This document shows, in pieces, positions 20,001 to 29,091 of a stretch of DNA of 64,000 bases. The notes beneath the pieces are model-generated. The model saw nothing but the letters and a program-made list of their open reading frames with translations, did no database searches and was not told the origin of the DNA. Source of the DNA: Candidatus Binatia bacterium. GTDB taxonomy: Bacteria > Desulfobacterota > Binatia > Bin18. Each line of letters starts with the position of its first letter. Within the stretch, counting starts at the first letter, position 1. The stretch spans positions 1,888,001 through 1,952,000 of the forward strand of contig OY761159.2 of assembly GCA_963664395.2 (NCBI GenBank). The letters are read 5' to 3'. The position numbers and the translations under genes were made by a program.

Positions 20001-23000
20001 TCCGCGTCCACCTTGTTGTCCTTGGCCGTCAGCGTCAGCGTCACCGTCCCCTCGCTGCTCGTCTGATTCGCCGGAATGGTCAGCGTATTGCCGCTCGGCG
20101 TGAAGTCTCCTCGCACTGCCGGACTCACCGCTGTCGCCGAGATCGTCACCCGCGTCAGCACGCTCACGGCGGGGTCCAGCGTCGCCGTCACCGTGCTGAC
20201 GCCGTTCTTCTCGGTAATCGAAGGCGGTGACAGTGCCAGGGAGACCTTCGGCGCCGCCTGTACCCGGGCGGTTGTGGTCGCCGACTCCTCCTTCCCCATA
20301 ATACTGTGCCCGTCGGTGTAGGAGGCGGTGGCTCGTAGATACTGATTCACGTCGTCCGCATCCGGCGTATAGGTCGCCGTCGTCGCTCCGCTGGACGTCG
20401 CCCCAGAGATGGGAGTCCCGGTGCCGGTGCGAGTGGCGGCCCGCGCCCACTGCCAGGTGATCCCGCTCAGGCGCTCATCGAGGTCGCGCAGCATGGCCGT
20501 CAGTGCCTGCTTTTCCTGCGGCGTGCTCGACGACAGCTCGACCATGCCTGCTTCGTTCTCGTTGGTGACATCGATGGTCACGGTGATGGTATCGTCCGTG
20601 TCCGTGTCGGTTTCACCGTCGTCGTTCTTGCCGTCCCGGACCGCCACGGTGACCGTGTAGCGACGCTTGGTCTCGTAGTTCAGCGCCGCCTGGGTCCACA
20701 ACTGCCCGGTGGTCGTGTCGAGGGTGAAGGACGCGGCGTCGGGCTCGCTCAGACTGTAGGTCAGCGCCGTGTCGTCGGGGTCGGTGGCCGAAACGGGGAG
20801 GCCGATAGCGACGTTCGTGGCCGTGTTCTCGGCCACGCTGCGGGTCGTGGTGCTGTCGTCAAAGGCCGGCGGCTGGTTCGCGACCGCGGTCACCGTCAGT
20901 CGGGCACTGCGCGTGCCTTCCCCACCATCCACCAGGGCCATCACTTGATAGGTGTAGGTGCGCCCCGATGTGACCGCGGTATCGGTGTAGGTCGTCGTGC
21001 TGAGGCCCTCGGCAAGGGGAGTGGCCGTGCCGTCCCGCGTGACGGTATAGGTCACGGTCGGGGCCGGACTCCAATGCGTCGCCATCACCTCCGTCCAGCT
21101 CAGGGCGACCTGACCCGTCGTTAACGTGTCGGCGGTCAGGGTCGGACTCTCCCTGAGCTGGTGGCCGAACTCCGGCCAGGTCGCCGCCCCGCTGCCATCA
21201 AAGTCTACCTTCAGTGCCGGGTACTGGCTGCTCGTGCCGAAGTCCCACTGAAACGCGTTCCAGTTCGCATAAATGCCGCTGTCGTCCGTGGGGGTCTGTA
21301 ATTCCGTGGTGGTCTTGGCCTCGCCATTGGACCCGCTCGTGTGGCCTGACGTGTTCGTGTCCCAATAGCTGGCGGTGATGTCGCCGGCTTGAACGCGCCC
21401 GACCAGCCCGCCGACATTGCTGCTGCCCGACACGCGTCCGGTGGCGTAGCTGGCGGTGATGTCGCCGGCTTGAACGCGCCCGACCAGCCCGCCGACATTG
21501 CTGCTGCCCGACACGCGTCCGGTGGCGTAGCTGGCGGTGATGTCGCCGGCTTGAACGCGCCCGACCAGCCCGCCGACATTGCTGCTGCCCGACACGCGTC
21601 CGGTGGCGTAGCTGGTGTGAATCGTGCCGAAGTTCACGCCGACTAGCCCGCCAACCCCATTGCTGCGTCCCCCCTTCCCCTCTACCCGTCCGGTCGCATA
21701 GCTCCCGAGGATGGTGCCTTCGTTCTGCCCCACCAGCCCTCCGACCACGCTTCTCCCTGCCACCTCAACATTGATCAGCCCAATATGGCGGATGACACTG
21801 CCAATGCGCAGGAGGGCGATGAGTCCCACTGCATCTTCATTGGCCCGATTGATAAACAGATGACTGATAGTGTACCCGTTCCCCTCGAACGTCGTGTCGA
21901 ACCGGTTGAATCTAGTGCCGATGGGCACCCAGCCGGCACCGCTATTCCAGTAGTCGGAGTCCTCCGCATCGACCTGTCCGTCCCCGTTGGTGTCGTCGGT
22001 CGTATCGACCTGGCCATCTCCGTTGGTGTCGAAGAAGTCCAGGTCCGCCATCAGCTCATATCCCGTGCACCCGCCGCTCGTGGCACCGCAGACCACCCGC
22101 GTCACGTTGGGAAACGCCGCGGCATAGGCCGTCGCCCCGGCGGGCGTCGGGCTGCCATCGCCGTCCAGGTCGTGCCGCATGGCATCGAGCTGCGCCAGGG
22201 TCGTGATTTCAATCAGCCCGTCATCGTCCGTATCGTACACCGGCCCTGGGGTATTGTTCGTCACTGCCTGCCCGGAGAGGGTGGCGGCTGCGTTACCGAC
22301 CACATCCTGCAGCGGCGGGGTCCCCATCGGTGGGGAGTAGGCCAGCGTCACGCTGTCACTGGGGGCGACCTCGGAGACCGGTGACAGCGTCACCAGCGCC
22401 CCGATGTTACCGTGGACGGCATGGGAGACCAACCTCAGCGTCACCACCGCCCCGGACACCTGGACGGCGGCGATCAACCGGGGCGCACTGCCGGCCGTCA
22501 CCGTAAACGCGTTCGCCCACGGAATCGAGGTCGCGTCCAGCGTCTTGTCATACGTCAGCGTCACGGTGTTACCGTCCACCTCCGCGGTCGCCAAGTCCGG
22601 CGTGTCGCCATCCACGGTGTGATCGCTGTTGGCTGCTACGGCAGCATGGGTAAAGTCCGTGGCGGATCGGTTATCGGCGTCCCGGATCGTCCCGCCGTTC
22701 GGATTCAGGCTGTCCGCGACGACACTGACCCCGTCGGTGTCACTCTCGTCAGCCACCACGGTGTAGGCACATGTCAGCACCTCGCTCGCGACGGTTTGAC
22801 AAAGCGCCTGCCGCGTGTTCGTGCCGACCATCAGCCCGATGCTGGGCGTGCCAGTCACCATTATGGGCTTGGTGAAAACCACCGCTACCGTGATCTCCTC
22901 ACCTGCCGCATAGGCCACCCCTGGGTCCGAGATGATCGCCACCGTGCTGATGCTCGGTACGCTCGCACGGTGTAAGTCTGCGTCGTTGTCGGTCAGCAGC

Positions 23001-24208
23001 GTCACCGTGGCCGTGGCCTGACTGCCCACCGTCACCCCTGCGGGCAGCGGTGCGCCAAAACCCAGGATCACCGTCTCTTCGGCCTCTTGTCGGGTGTCCT
23101 GCACGGCCCTGAAGGTGAAGGTTCGTGAGGTCTGGTTCGCCCCAAATGTTATGCTCGCCGGGAGGGTATAGTCGCCGGGCCAGGCGCCCTCCATACTTGT
23201 CGCCGTCAGCGGAATGGGCAGGTCGAGAGTGCGGCCCGGTGCAGCATCCAGTTGCACCGTGACCGTCACCGACCCGCCTTCGTTCACCATGTATGGCCCT
23301 ACATCGAAGGACACCTGCACGGCCCGGCCCTGCCGAAAGTCTGCCACGGTGTCCCGCGTCATGTTGAGCACCCGCGCCGCATTGGCCGGCCCGTTCGGCG
23401 CGGTCGAGTCCATGTTGCTACTGGTGCGCGCCACCCCCATGGGATCGCCGTCATCATCGGGAGGGCAGTCGCCAGGATAGCAGTTGTCCGGATTGGAGAA
23501 GTAAAGCACCCTCATACAATTATCGAGGCTGCGAGCAATACACTGATTAGAGGACGCCATGATCGTGCGCCAGCGGGTCGAGGGCAGTGCGCCCGAGTCA
23601 AACGCCCGCTGGTTTACATAGCCGTAGGCGTCGGCAGACACGCGGAGGCCGCAGTCATCGGGGTCACATGCCACATATCGATCATGCTGAAGGCCCATAA
23701 TGTGGCCCAGTTCATGGGCGAACGTGTCAGCGCGAGCACTCGTGCCGGAAACGCCAAAGGCGCGTGAGGCAAAGCCCAGTGATTCGCGGGTCATAGTGTA
23801 TGCTGATCCACCGCCTCCCTGACGGATCAGGATAACGGCATCCGCCCGGACGCGGTCACGGATGGTGTGGACCTCGTCCATGTAGCCATCCGACTTAGCC
23901 TGGAGACGACGGATATCGGTATACCTATTCAGCGTAGCGTTCCCCGCCGCCGCCTGGGTGTATCCCTCCACCTCCTCCACGGCCACCAGATTAATGGTCT
24001 GGTTCACTCCGCTGTCTGCGTAGGCCATATTGGTTATAACGACAAACTCATCGATCTTTGTCTTGATCTGCGCGGTCCCACCCCAGGTGTCTTTGGCCTG
24101 AGGCGTGTAAAAGACGGCGACATCAATCACCGACTGCGCGTGTGCAGTTCCAGCCAGGAGGGGCAGAAGCAGCAGCGCCAGCGGCAGGCGTCTGATGTAC
24201 GGTAGCAT
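17003..24208 (-). CDS. Giant secreted multidomain protein: reprolysin-like M12 Zn-metalloprotease, Calx-beta/Ig-like, SwmB-like, GLUG, FN3, cadherin-like, poly-Gly linker, PPC-like, duplicated C-terminal domain
   Basis: Signal peptide ending AHA-Q, HELGHIMGLQHD with RTIMAS Met-turn, VGGLVG repeats, LNYETK and DFERP cadherin-like motifs, DxDxDG loops. Confidence 0.88.
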   Translation of the reverse strand: MLPYIRRLPLALLLLPLLAGTAHAQSVIDVAVFYTPQAKDTWGGTAQIKTKIDEFVVITNMAYADSGVNQTINLVAVEEVEGYTQAAAGNATLNRYTDIRRLQAKSDGYMDEVHTIRDRVRADAVILIRQGGGGSAYTMTRESLGFASRAFGVSGTSARADTFAHELGHIMGLQHDRYVACDPDDCGLRVSADAYGYVNQRAFDSGALPSTRWRTIMASSNQCIARSLDNCMRVLYFSNPDNCYPGDCPPDDDGDPMGVARTSSNMDSTAPNGPANAARVLNMTRDTVADFRQGRAVQVSFDVGPYMVNEGGSVTVTVQLDAAPGRTLDLPIPLTATSMEGAWPGDYTLPASITFGANQTSRTFTFRAVQDTRQEAEETVILGFGAPLPAGVTVGSQATATVTLLTDNDADLHRASVPSISTVAIISDPGVAYAAGEEITVAVVFTKPIMVTGTPSIGLMVGTNTRQALCQTVASEVLTCAYTVVADESDTDGVSVVADSLNPNGGTIRDADNRSATDFTHAAVAANSDHTVDGDTPDLATAEVDGNTVTLTYDKTLDATSIPWANAFTVTAGSAPRLIAAVQVSGAVVTLRLVSHAVHGNIGALVTLSPVSEVAPSDSVTLAYSPPMGTPPLQDVVGNAAATLSGQAVTNNTPGPVYDTDDDGLIEITTLAQLDAMRHDLDGDGSPTPAGATAYAAAFPNVTRVVCGATSGGCTGYELMADLDFFDTNGDGQVDTTDDTNGDGQVDAEDSDYWNSGAGWVPIGTRFNRFDTTFEGNGYTISHLFINRANEDAVGLIALLRIGSVIRHIGLINVEVAGRSVVGGLVGQNEGTILGSYATGRVEGKGGRSNGVGGLVGVNFGTIHTSYATGRVSGSSNVGGLVGRVQAGDITASYATGRVSGSSNVGGLVGRVQAGDITASYATGRVSGSSNVGGLVGRVQAGDITASYWDTNTSGHTSGSNGEAKTTTELQTPTDDSGIYANWNAFQWDFGTSSQYPALKVDFDGSGAATWPEFGHQLRESPTLTADTLTTGQVALSWTEVMATHWSPAPTVTYTVTRDGTATPLAEGLSTTTYTDTAVTSGRTYTYQVMALVDGGEGTRSARLTVTAVANQPPAFDDSTTTRSVAENTATNVAIGLPVSATDPDDTALTYSLSEPDAASFTLDTTTGQLWTQAALNYETKRRYTVTVAVRDGKNDDGETDTDTDDTITVTIDVTNENEAGMVELSSSTPQEKQALTAMLRDLDERLSGITWQWARAATRTGTGTPISGATSSGATTATYTPDADDVNQYLRATASYTDGHSIMGKEESATTTARVQAAPKVSLALSPPSITEKNGVSTVTATLDPAVSVLTRVTISATAVSPAVRGDFTPSGNTLTIPANQTSSEGTVTLTLTAKDNKVDAETKEVTVTGTVPPNALVKAPDPVTLTITDDDTRGVTVTPTELSVNEGASKTYEVVLTSEPIAPVTVTVMRTATSDTDVRVSPPSLSFGTGNWDRSQRVTVTAQDETDPTDVADESATITHTVSGGDYAGETAADVAVTVEDDEAESDEVVLTVNRAMVAEEAGRTTVTVTGTLNGVPRTDETAVSVEVSPGTATQGTDFTADPTTFTLTIPANQKSGTASFALTPQNDTIDEPDKTVTVRGSTTAAGLTVTPAPVTVTIEDNDNPPTVRLEVAVVPPRIREDGGTTTLTARLLNGTSSATTEVTITATLDDFRLSPNPLTIAPGDTTSSTSTLTAVDNDVDAQDKRVTVTGRVDNAQGVGRLEATTLTITDDDPPEVSGLDAVSYTERGTQPVATYTATNPATVRLAWSVTGPDGAHFSIDRNGVLGFDPPPDFERPRDVGEDNVYTVTIEAADTTSLPGETLTGPGLEVTVTVEDALGRVNLPSSPPQIGAQFTARLADPDGVGVVTAWCWERSLYRDFPPADPSTLQIDCALITTATYTPVDADRDYYLRATATYTDSDGTINKEVMQVSEALVSDQLPPPRRGGGGGGGGGGGGGGGAPACADDVHGNTTAQATDIVLSAVTAGAICPAADVDYFTVTVPGRGLLFVDTTRGITTRGTIWQDGTVLETGTLDGSGQATRLGARVQAGPVVVAVQGQGGATGVYDIVVTFVRGYLENPGPDSFQSGVGILSGWVCEAAVVEIELNGVPQEAAYGTERLDTAGVCGDTDNGFGLLFNWNLLSNGEHTVVAFVDGVELGRATVAVTTLGQEFLRDVTGTCEAEDFPTLGARVTLEWQQNSQNFVIAGGNPPAGATTGRTSGLTGFLENPGHNSFQSGVRVLSGWVCDADTVELAIGTAGRQVAAYGTERLDTAGVCGDTDNGFGLLFNWNLLGEGEHAVVAFVDNIELGRATVQVTTLGQEFLRGAEGECMADDFPRLGQSVLLEWQQNSQNFVITDVE
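21366..21615. repeat. Perfect intragenic 81-bp tandem repeat x3 (GLUG units)
   Basis: Units start at 21366, 21447 and 21528 and encode SYATGRVSGSSNVGGLVGRVQAGDITA. Confidence 0.95.
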
Positions 24209-24783
24209 CAATGCTGGTGGTCGGGCTCAGAATGGGTCTCCACCACTTCACAGTTAAGCGGTGGCTCCTCCACCTCACTGATGGCGTACAACCCGTCGCC
24301 CACCGAGCGGATCTCGTAGATTTCTCCCGGCAGCCGCACCGTGCCCGCCACGGCCTCCCCATTGACCACCAGCGTCATCGTCCCGAGCGGCTCTTCAACC
24401 AGATGGCCCGCTACGGAATAGCCGCCCGAAAACGTGGGGGCCGTCCGCTCCACCAGGCCCGTGACGACCACATCGTCGAACAGATTGAAGGTCAGGGTCG
24501 TGCCCGGTGCGGGGGCCGAACTGGATTTGTCCGTGCGCGTGGACGGGCCTTTGGTGTGCGCAGTCTGGCCGGGAGGTCCGGCTACGGCGGCCTGGACTTG
24601 CGCCAAGTCCATGGTCACCATCCGGCTGCGCACCGTCAGATCGTCGGACGCTATTGCCGGCGGGGGCGTTTCATCGACCGGTGTAAAGAGGTCGGCGGCC
24701 TGGGCCTCGACCGCCGGCGCGGCCAACGCTATCAGCACGGCGACAGTGGCCGTTACCATGCACCGCAGGCTTGTCACAAACAT
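24208..24783 (-). CDS. Secreted protein resembling the N-terminal prodomain of bacterial M12 metalloproteases
   Basis: GAGGAGG RBS, signal peptide (VEA-Q), TFNLFDDVVVTGLVERTAPTFSGGYS...GTVRLPGEIYEIR; TGATG overlap with the protease gene. Confidence 0.75.
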   Translation of the reverse strand: MFVTSLRCMVTATVAVLIALAAPAVEAQAADLFTPVDETPPPAIASDDLTVRSRMVTMDLAQVQAAVAGPPGQTAHTKGPSTRTDKSSSAPAPGTTLTFNLFDDVVVTGLVERTAPTFSGGYSVAGHLVEEPLGTMTLVVNGEAVAGTVRLPGEIYEIRSVGDGLYAISEVEEPPLNCEVVETHSEPDHQH

Positions 24784-24962
24784 GTTCCGCTCCTCCTCTT
24801 CCTTCAGCCTCTCCTCCCTCTGCTGTGCTGTCGCTGGCGCGGCAGGTTGTCGGCGTGATTTTGGGTCGCCAACGCCAGGGGAAATCCTTTCATACCCAAT
24901 TCCGCTGCCCCTGTCGCCTCCAAAATTGTAGTAAAGTTGCACCGCAAAACGCCGCCCGGCGC

Positions 24963-25656
24963 CAGCCGCACCAAGTCGGCCTGCCGGGAGATACCCTGCT
25001 TGCGGTAGATCTGATTCAGGGACCAATAGACGGAGCCTGCCCCGCGCCCCGGCGCCGTGGCCATCTCACGCACGGTCTTGCCTTCTGCCAACCAGACCGC
25101 TATTCGGCTCTCCGCCGGCGTGAGGCCCAGAGTCGCGGCCACTAGGCCGGAATCGATACGGGACACCTGCCCCGGCTCGGCAATCAGCACCAGCGCAGCG
25201 ACGCGTCGAGCCCCAAAGTCCACCGGCCGGACACCCACGGGTTTGACCTGCACCACGCACCGCGACAGCATGGACGCACGGCGGAGCGCTGGAGGTCGGC
25301 AGCGCGTCGGCCGGCACGCGGGCGTACAGCAACCCGCCCCGGTCCGATAACCCGTCACCGTGCCGCAGGATGGCACGGGCACGGTCATTCGCCTCTACGA
25401 TCCGCCCATGCCGGTCCAGGTGGATAACCCCAATCCGGTGGGTGTCGAGCAGGCCGGTCACGGACGCACCTAGCGCCTCGGCTTTGGCCAGCGTCTGCTG
25501 GACCCGGGCAAATTGGCGGAGATGGGGCAGCAGGGCATTGCCCTGTATGCCGCAGGCCTCATCAATCAGGGCCGAGGGGACCGGCCACTGGGCAGCGTTG
25601 AGTGTGGCATCGTGTAACGATGCCAGGATACGCTCGAACGCGTCTTGGTCACTCAT
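24963..25656 (-). pseudogene. Degraded PAS/LuxR-HTH transcriptional regulator
   Basis: LDRHGRIVEAN PAS-like segment and GLTPAESRIAVWLAEGKT...GISRQADLVRL HTH are in different frames; abrupt GNALL|PHL join suggests an internal deletion. Confidence 0.8.
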
Positions 25657-25704
25657 GACGTTGCGTCCTTCAACAACATCTACCCGGCCCGTTGATTAAT
25701 GGTT

Positions 25705-25801
25705 GGGGAAGGCGAGTCGAGAACTCCCTACATATAGTGGGGCAGGACTTCCTCGCCGACTTTCCGGATGGCGCGTTTGACTTCCTCAATCGGCAGCAGC
25801 C
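25705..25801. repeat. Right copy of ~95-bp direct repeat (intact LLM 3' end)
   Basis: Matches 16880-16972. Confidence 0.92.
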
Positions 25802-26957
25802 CCTGGTCGCCTTGCCAGATAAACCACTCAGGATTGCCCGCTTCGACGAGCTGATCCATGGCTCGACGGATATCACTCGTTGTTCCGGCCAGGGCAAAAT
25901 TCGCGTCGATCATCCGTTCGGGGGTGGCTTCGGAGACGGGCAGCGGGTCCTCTCCATACTTCTTATTATCCGCCTCGGTTCGGAAGGCCTCGAGAAAGCC
26001 AAAATGGTAGAAAAAGTTCTGGAAGCCATAGCCGCAAAAGCCGGCCGTGAGCATTTTCTTGGCAGCCGCCTGCGTATCACCGGGGTAGATCGATCGCAGG
26101 ACGCCGAGCGATTCACCGAACTTGAGAGATCGGCCGGCGGTCTTGGCTTCTTCGACGTGAGTCTGGGCGAACAAGCGAACCTGGTCATGGTCGGAAACGA
26201 ACAGGGTCGGCACGATGTTCTCCCTGGCACACCACCGAACGGTTGCCTCGCTCATGGAGAACGCTTGGAAGAGGGTCGGGTGGGGCTTCTGATACGGCTT
26301 GGGCACGATGTCGATCATCTGGACCAGTCCGTTTTCATCGACCTCACCCGGAGAGCCGTGCTCACGCGTCCATTCATGGGCTCGCCAGGGAGTGCCTTCC
26401 TCATAGGGATACGGATACTCGTAGTATTTGCCCTTGAAACGAAACGGTTCATCCTTCCAGGCCAGTTTCAAAATCTGAAAGACTTCCTCAAACGCCTCGC
26501 GATTGCGCACGTCGATGTCGCTCTGGTCGCTGACCGTCGCGCCGATGTGAATCTTCTGCGCCATTTGATTGAGCCAACGGGATTGATAGCCACGGGCAAA
26601 CCCGACGTGCGTGCGCCCTTTGGTGAGTTGGTCAAGCCAGGCAATCTCCAGGGCGAGCCGCAGCGGGTTCCAGCCCGGAAGGACGTAACCGATGGGACCA
26701 ACCTTGAGCGTTGAGGTCTGGTGAATCACATATTGGGTCAGAACGGGCAGACTCCCGATTTCCATGCCTTCGGTATGCAGATGGTGCTCGGGGAAGCCGA
26801 CTCCGGTGAAGCCCAGGTCTTCCACCATGCGCGAAATCTCGACGACTTCGTCAAACATTTTTTGCCAGCGCTCGGTGCGGTGGGCAATGGGCCGCAGGTC
26901 TTTACGCTCTTGTGGAGTGGCCGGAATTGACGGCAGGAAAAAGTACATGAACTTCAT
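25728..26957 (-). CDS. LLM-class flavin-dependent oxidoreductase
   Basis: FPEHHLHTEG, NPLRLALEIAWLDQLTKGR, PKPYQKPHP. Confidence 0.9.
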   Translation of the reverse strand: MKFMYFFLPSIPATPQERKDLRPIAHRTERWQKMFDEVVEISRMVEDLGFTGVGFPEHHLHTEGMEIGSLPVLTQYVIHQTSTLKVGPIGYVLPGWNPLRLALEIAWLDQLTKGRTHVGFARGYQSRWLNQMAQKIHIGATVSDQSDIDVRNREAFEEVFQILKLAWKDEPFRFKGKYYEYPYPYEEGTPWRAHEWTREHGSPGEVDENGLVQMIDIVPKPYQKPHPTLFQAFSMSEATVRWCARENIVPTLFVSDHDQVRLFAQTHVEEAKTAGRSLKFGESLGVLRSIYPGDTQAAAKKMLTAGFCGYGFQNFFYHFGFLEAFRTEADNKKYGEDPLPVSEATPERMIDANFALAGTTSDIRRAMDQLVEAGNPEWFIWQGDQGLLPIEEVKRAIRKVGEEVLPHYM

Positions 26958-26990
26958 ACGGAGTCTCCTTTTTTATGGGTGTCTTTTTAC

Positions 26991-27239
26991 TTACAGTATT
27001 ACTTTGACACTCGGAATATGCTTGAGGCTGCCGAATATGCTCTTCCGTTCTTCTTCGCTCTTGACGTGAACGGAGAGATTAAATGACGTATACTTTCCTG
27101 TCCGACTGTGGCGGGATTCACGGAACTGATATTCGAAAGCCTCAAGCATAGCGACTATGGTATCCGTTATCTGGGCTGTATCGGAACCAATGATCTTGAA
27201 CGACCACGTGCAAGGGTACTCAATTTTTGGCGAGTCCAA
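26991..27239 (-). CDS. DUF493/YbeD-family protein
   Basis: IEYPCTWSFKIIG, SRTGKYTS; TTG start with GAGGAGG RBS. Confidence 0.85.
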   Translation of the reverse strand: MDSPKIEYPCTWSFKIIGSDTAQITDTIVAMLEAFEYQFRESRHSRTGKYTSFNLSVHVKSEEERKSIFGSLKHIPSVKVIL

Positions 27240-27386
27240 ATAGTCCTCCTCTTCACGCTAACAACAGGCATGTCAACCGGGCTCTTCGCCCATCTCTCCG
27301 ACCACTCATCCTTGTCGAGCACTGCGATGTGAGCTAAAACGCTAGCAAGTCCGGCTGGCTCAACTGAGTGAACGAACTTCACGAAT

Positions 27387-27412
27387 TGATCCTGTTGATC
27401 CTGTTGATCCTG
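27387..27412. repeat. 9-bp tandem repeat (TTGATCCTG x3)
   Basis: Directly visible; related ATCCTGAT units at about 28975-28999. Confidence 0.7.
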
Positions 27413-27447
27413 GCCGTGACCAAGTTTTTACACAAGGGGGGACTCGG

Positions 27448-27972
27448 ATGACACAACCGCTGCATACCGTTCGTCAGTTAGCCTATGTGGTCAGAGACAT
27501 GGACGCCGCGCTCAAATACTGGGTGGATGTGCTGAAGGTGGGGCCGTTCTATTTGTTTGAACACTGTCCGCTCAAAAATCAGCGTTACCGGGGCAATCCC
27601 TCGAATGTGGATGTGACCCTGGCCCTGGGCAATAGCGGTGCCCTCCAGATCGAATTGATTGTCCAACATAACGCTGAGCCATCCGTCTACAAAGAGTTTC
27701 TGGACGCCGGTCGGGTCGGCGTCCATCATTTCGGCCTGATGCCCGAAGACTACAAAGCCACCTATGCCCAGTATAAAGAGCTGGGCCATGAGGCCGCGTT
27801 TGAGTGCACGGTCGGCAATGCCGAACTGGTGTATTTTGACACGGTCAACACCATTGGCCATTATACCGAACTGTGGGACAATAACGCTGTCTTCAAAGAT
27901 CTGTTTATGCTAGTTGAGAACGCAGCCAAGGATTGGGACGGCAAGGACCCTGTCCGACCGGGACCGTTATAG
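27448..27972 (+). CDS. VOC/glyoxalase family protein
   Basis: QLAYVVRD, QIELI, GVHHFG. Confidence 0.88.
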   Translation: MTQPLHTVRQLAYVVRDMDAALKYWVDVLKVGPFYLFEHCPLKNQRYRGNPSNVDVTLALGNSGALQIELIVQHNAEPSVYKEFLDAGRVGVHHFGLMPEDYKATYAQYKELGHEAAFECTVGNAELVYFDTVNTIGHYTELWDNNAVFKDLFMLVENAAKDWDGKDPVRPGPL

Positions 27973-27986
27973 AGAGATGCAAAGGA

Positions 27987-28008
27987 CCCTCTCCCGGTGG
28001 GAGAGGGG
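27987..28008. repeat. Partial family A palindrome
   Basis: CCCTCTCCC-GGT-GGGAGAGGG hairpin. Confidence 0.7.
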
Positions 28009-28061
28009 AAAAAGACCCAAGTACAACAAACGTCAGAACAATGTAGAAGAACAGGAGGAAT

Positions 28062-28952
28062 ATGATGCATTGGCAAATAGGCGACACCAAAATCACGAAG
28101 ATTGAGGAAATCGTATATCCGGAATTTTCGGATGTACTTCCGACCGCAACCCCCGAGGTCGTGAAAAAGGTCGAGTGGCTCTTTCCCCACTTCGTCACGC
28201 CCGAAGGCGCGCTGTCCCTGAGCATTCATTCGCTGATCGTGGACACGCCCGGTGCGACCGTGGTGGTGGACACCTGCATCGGCAACGGTCGCAACCGTTC
28301 CCCCATGGACATCATGAGCAATCTGTCAACCTCGTTCTTGGATGACATGAAGGCGGCCGGTTACGACCCGGACGGCATTGATTACGTCATGTGCACCCAT
28401 CTGCATCTTGACCATGTCGGCTGGAACACGCAGCTGGTTGACGGCAAATGGGTCCCGACGTTTCCGAACGCGTCCTATCTGATGGATCAGAAAGAGCTGG
28501 ATCTGTTTGGCAAGATTGACGACGAGATGCTCGCCAACCTGCCGGCCGATGCGGTGGACTTCTTCACCATTCAACGCCGCGTTTTTGAGGACTCCATGCA
28601 ACCGGTTTTTGACGCCGGTCTGGCCAAGTCGATCGACGCGCCGACGACGATTTGCGAAGGGGTGCGGCTGATTCCGACGCCGGGTCATACGCCCGGCCAC
28701 TGCTCGGTCGTGGTTGAGTCCAAGGGCGAGGCAGCCATAATTACCGGGGACTTCATTCACCATCCGATCCAGTTCCACGACCCGAATATCTGCACGCCGT
28801 TCGATATCGACAACACTATGGCGCTGGCAACCCGCTGGCGGACCTTTGAGCAGTTTGCGGATACGCCGACGCTGGTCATCGGCACCCACTTTGCCGGACC
28901 AAGCGCCGGCAAGCTGGTCCGAGACGGCGCCGGCTATCGTCTGGACGTCTAA
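28062..28952 (+). CDS. MBL-fold metallo-hydrolase
   Basis: THLHLDHVG, TPGHTPGH, TGD, GTHF. Confidence 0.92.
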   Translation: MMHWQIGDTKITKIEEIVYPEFSDVLPTATPEVVKKVEWLFPHFVTPEGALSLSIHSLIVDTPGATVVVDTCIGNGRNRSPMDIMSNLSTSFLDDMKAAGYDPDGIDYVMCTHLHLDHVGWNTQLVDGKWVPTFPNASYLMDQKELDLFGKIDDEMLANLPADAVDFFTIQRRVFEDSMQPVFDAGLAKSIDAPTTICEGVRLIPTPGHTPGHCSVVVESKGEAAIITGDFIHHPIQFHDPNICTPFDIDNTMALATRWRTFEQFADTPTLVIGTHFAGPSAGKLVRDGAGYRLDV

Positions 28953-29002
28953 CGACCACCAGGATTAAAGGATTATCCTGATAATCTGACAATCCTGATC
29001 GA

Positions 29003-29034
29003 AGCAGGGTGGGTCCTCCCGGACCCACCCTGCT
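29003..29034. terminator. 14-bp perfect hairpin between convergent genes
   Basis: AGCAGGGTGGGTCC-TCCC-GGACCCACCCTGCT; no clear U-tract. Confidence 0.5.
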
Positions 29035-29091
29035 CTCGGGCCATGTCACGGCCCGGCTCTCATTGCACCTTGGCACCCTGCCGCGTTGAGT

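Noticed and set aside
21366-21615. CRISPR array
   Set aside because: Contiguous in-frame 81-bp units with no spacers and no cas genes
24915-24935. Lux-box-like site CTCCAAAATTGTAG
   Set aside because: Weak single palindrome, not supportable alone
24784-25026. N-terminal extension of the prodomain-like ORF
   Set aside because: Overlaps the LuxR remnant; RBS and signal peptide support a start at 24783
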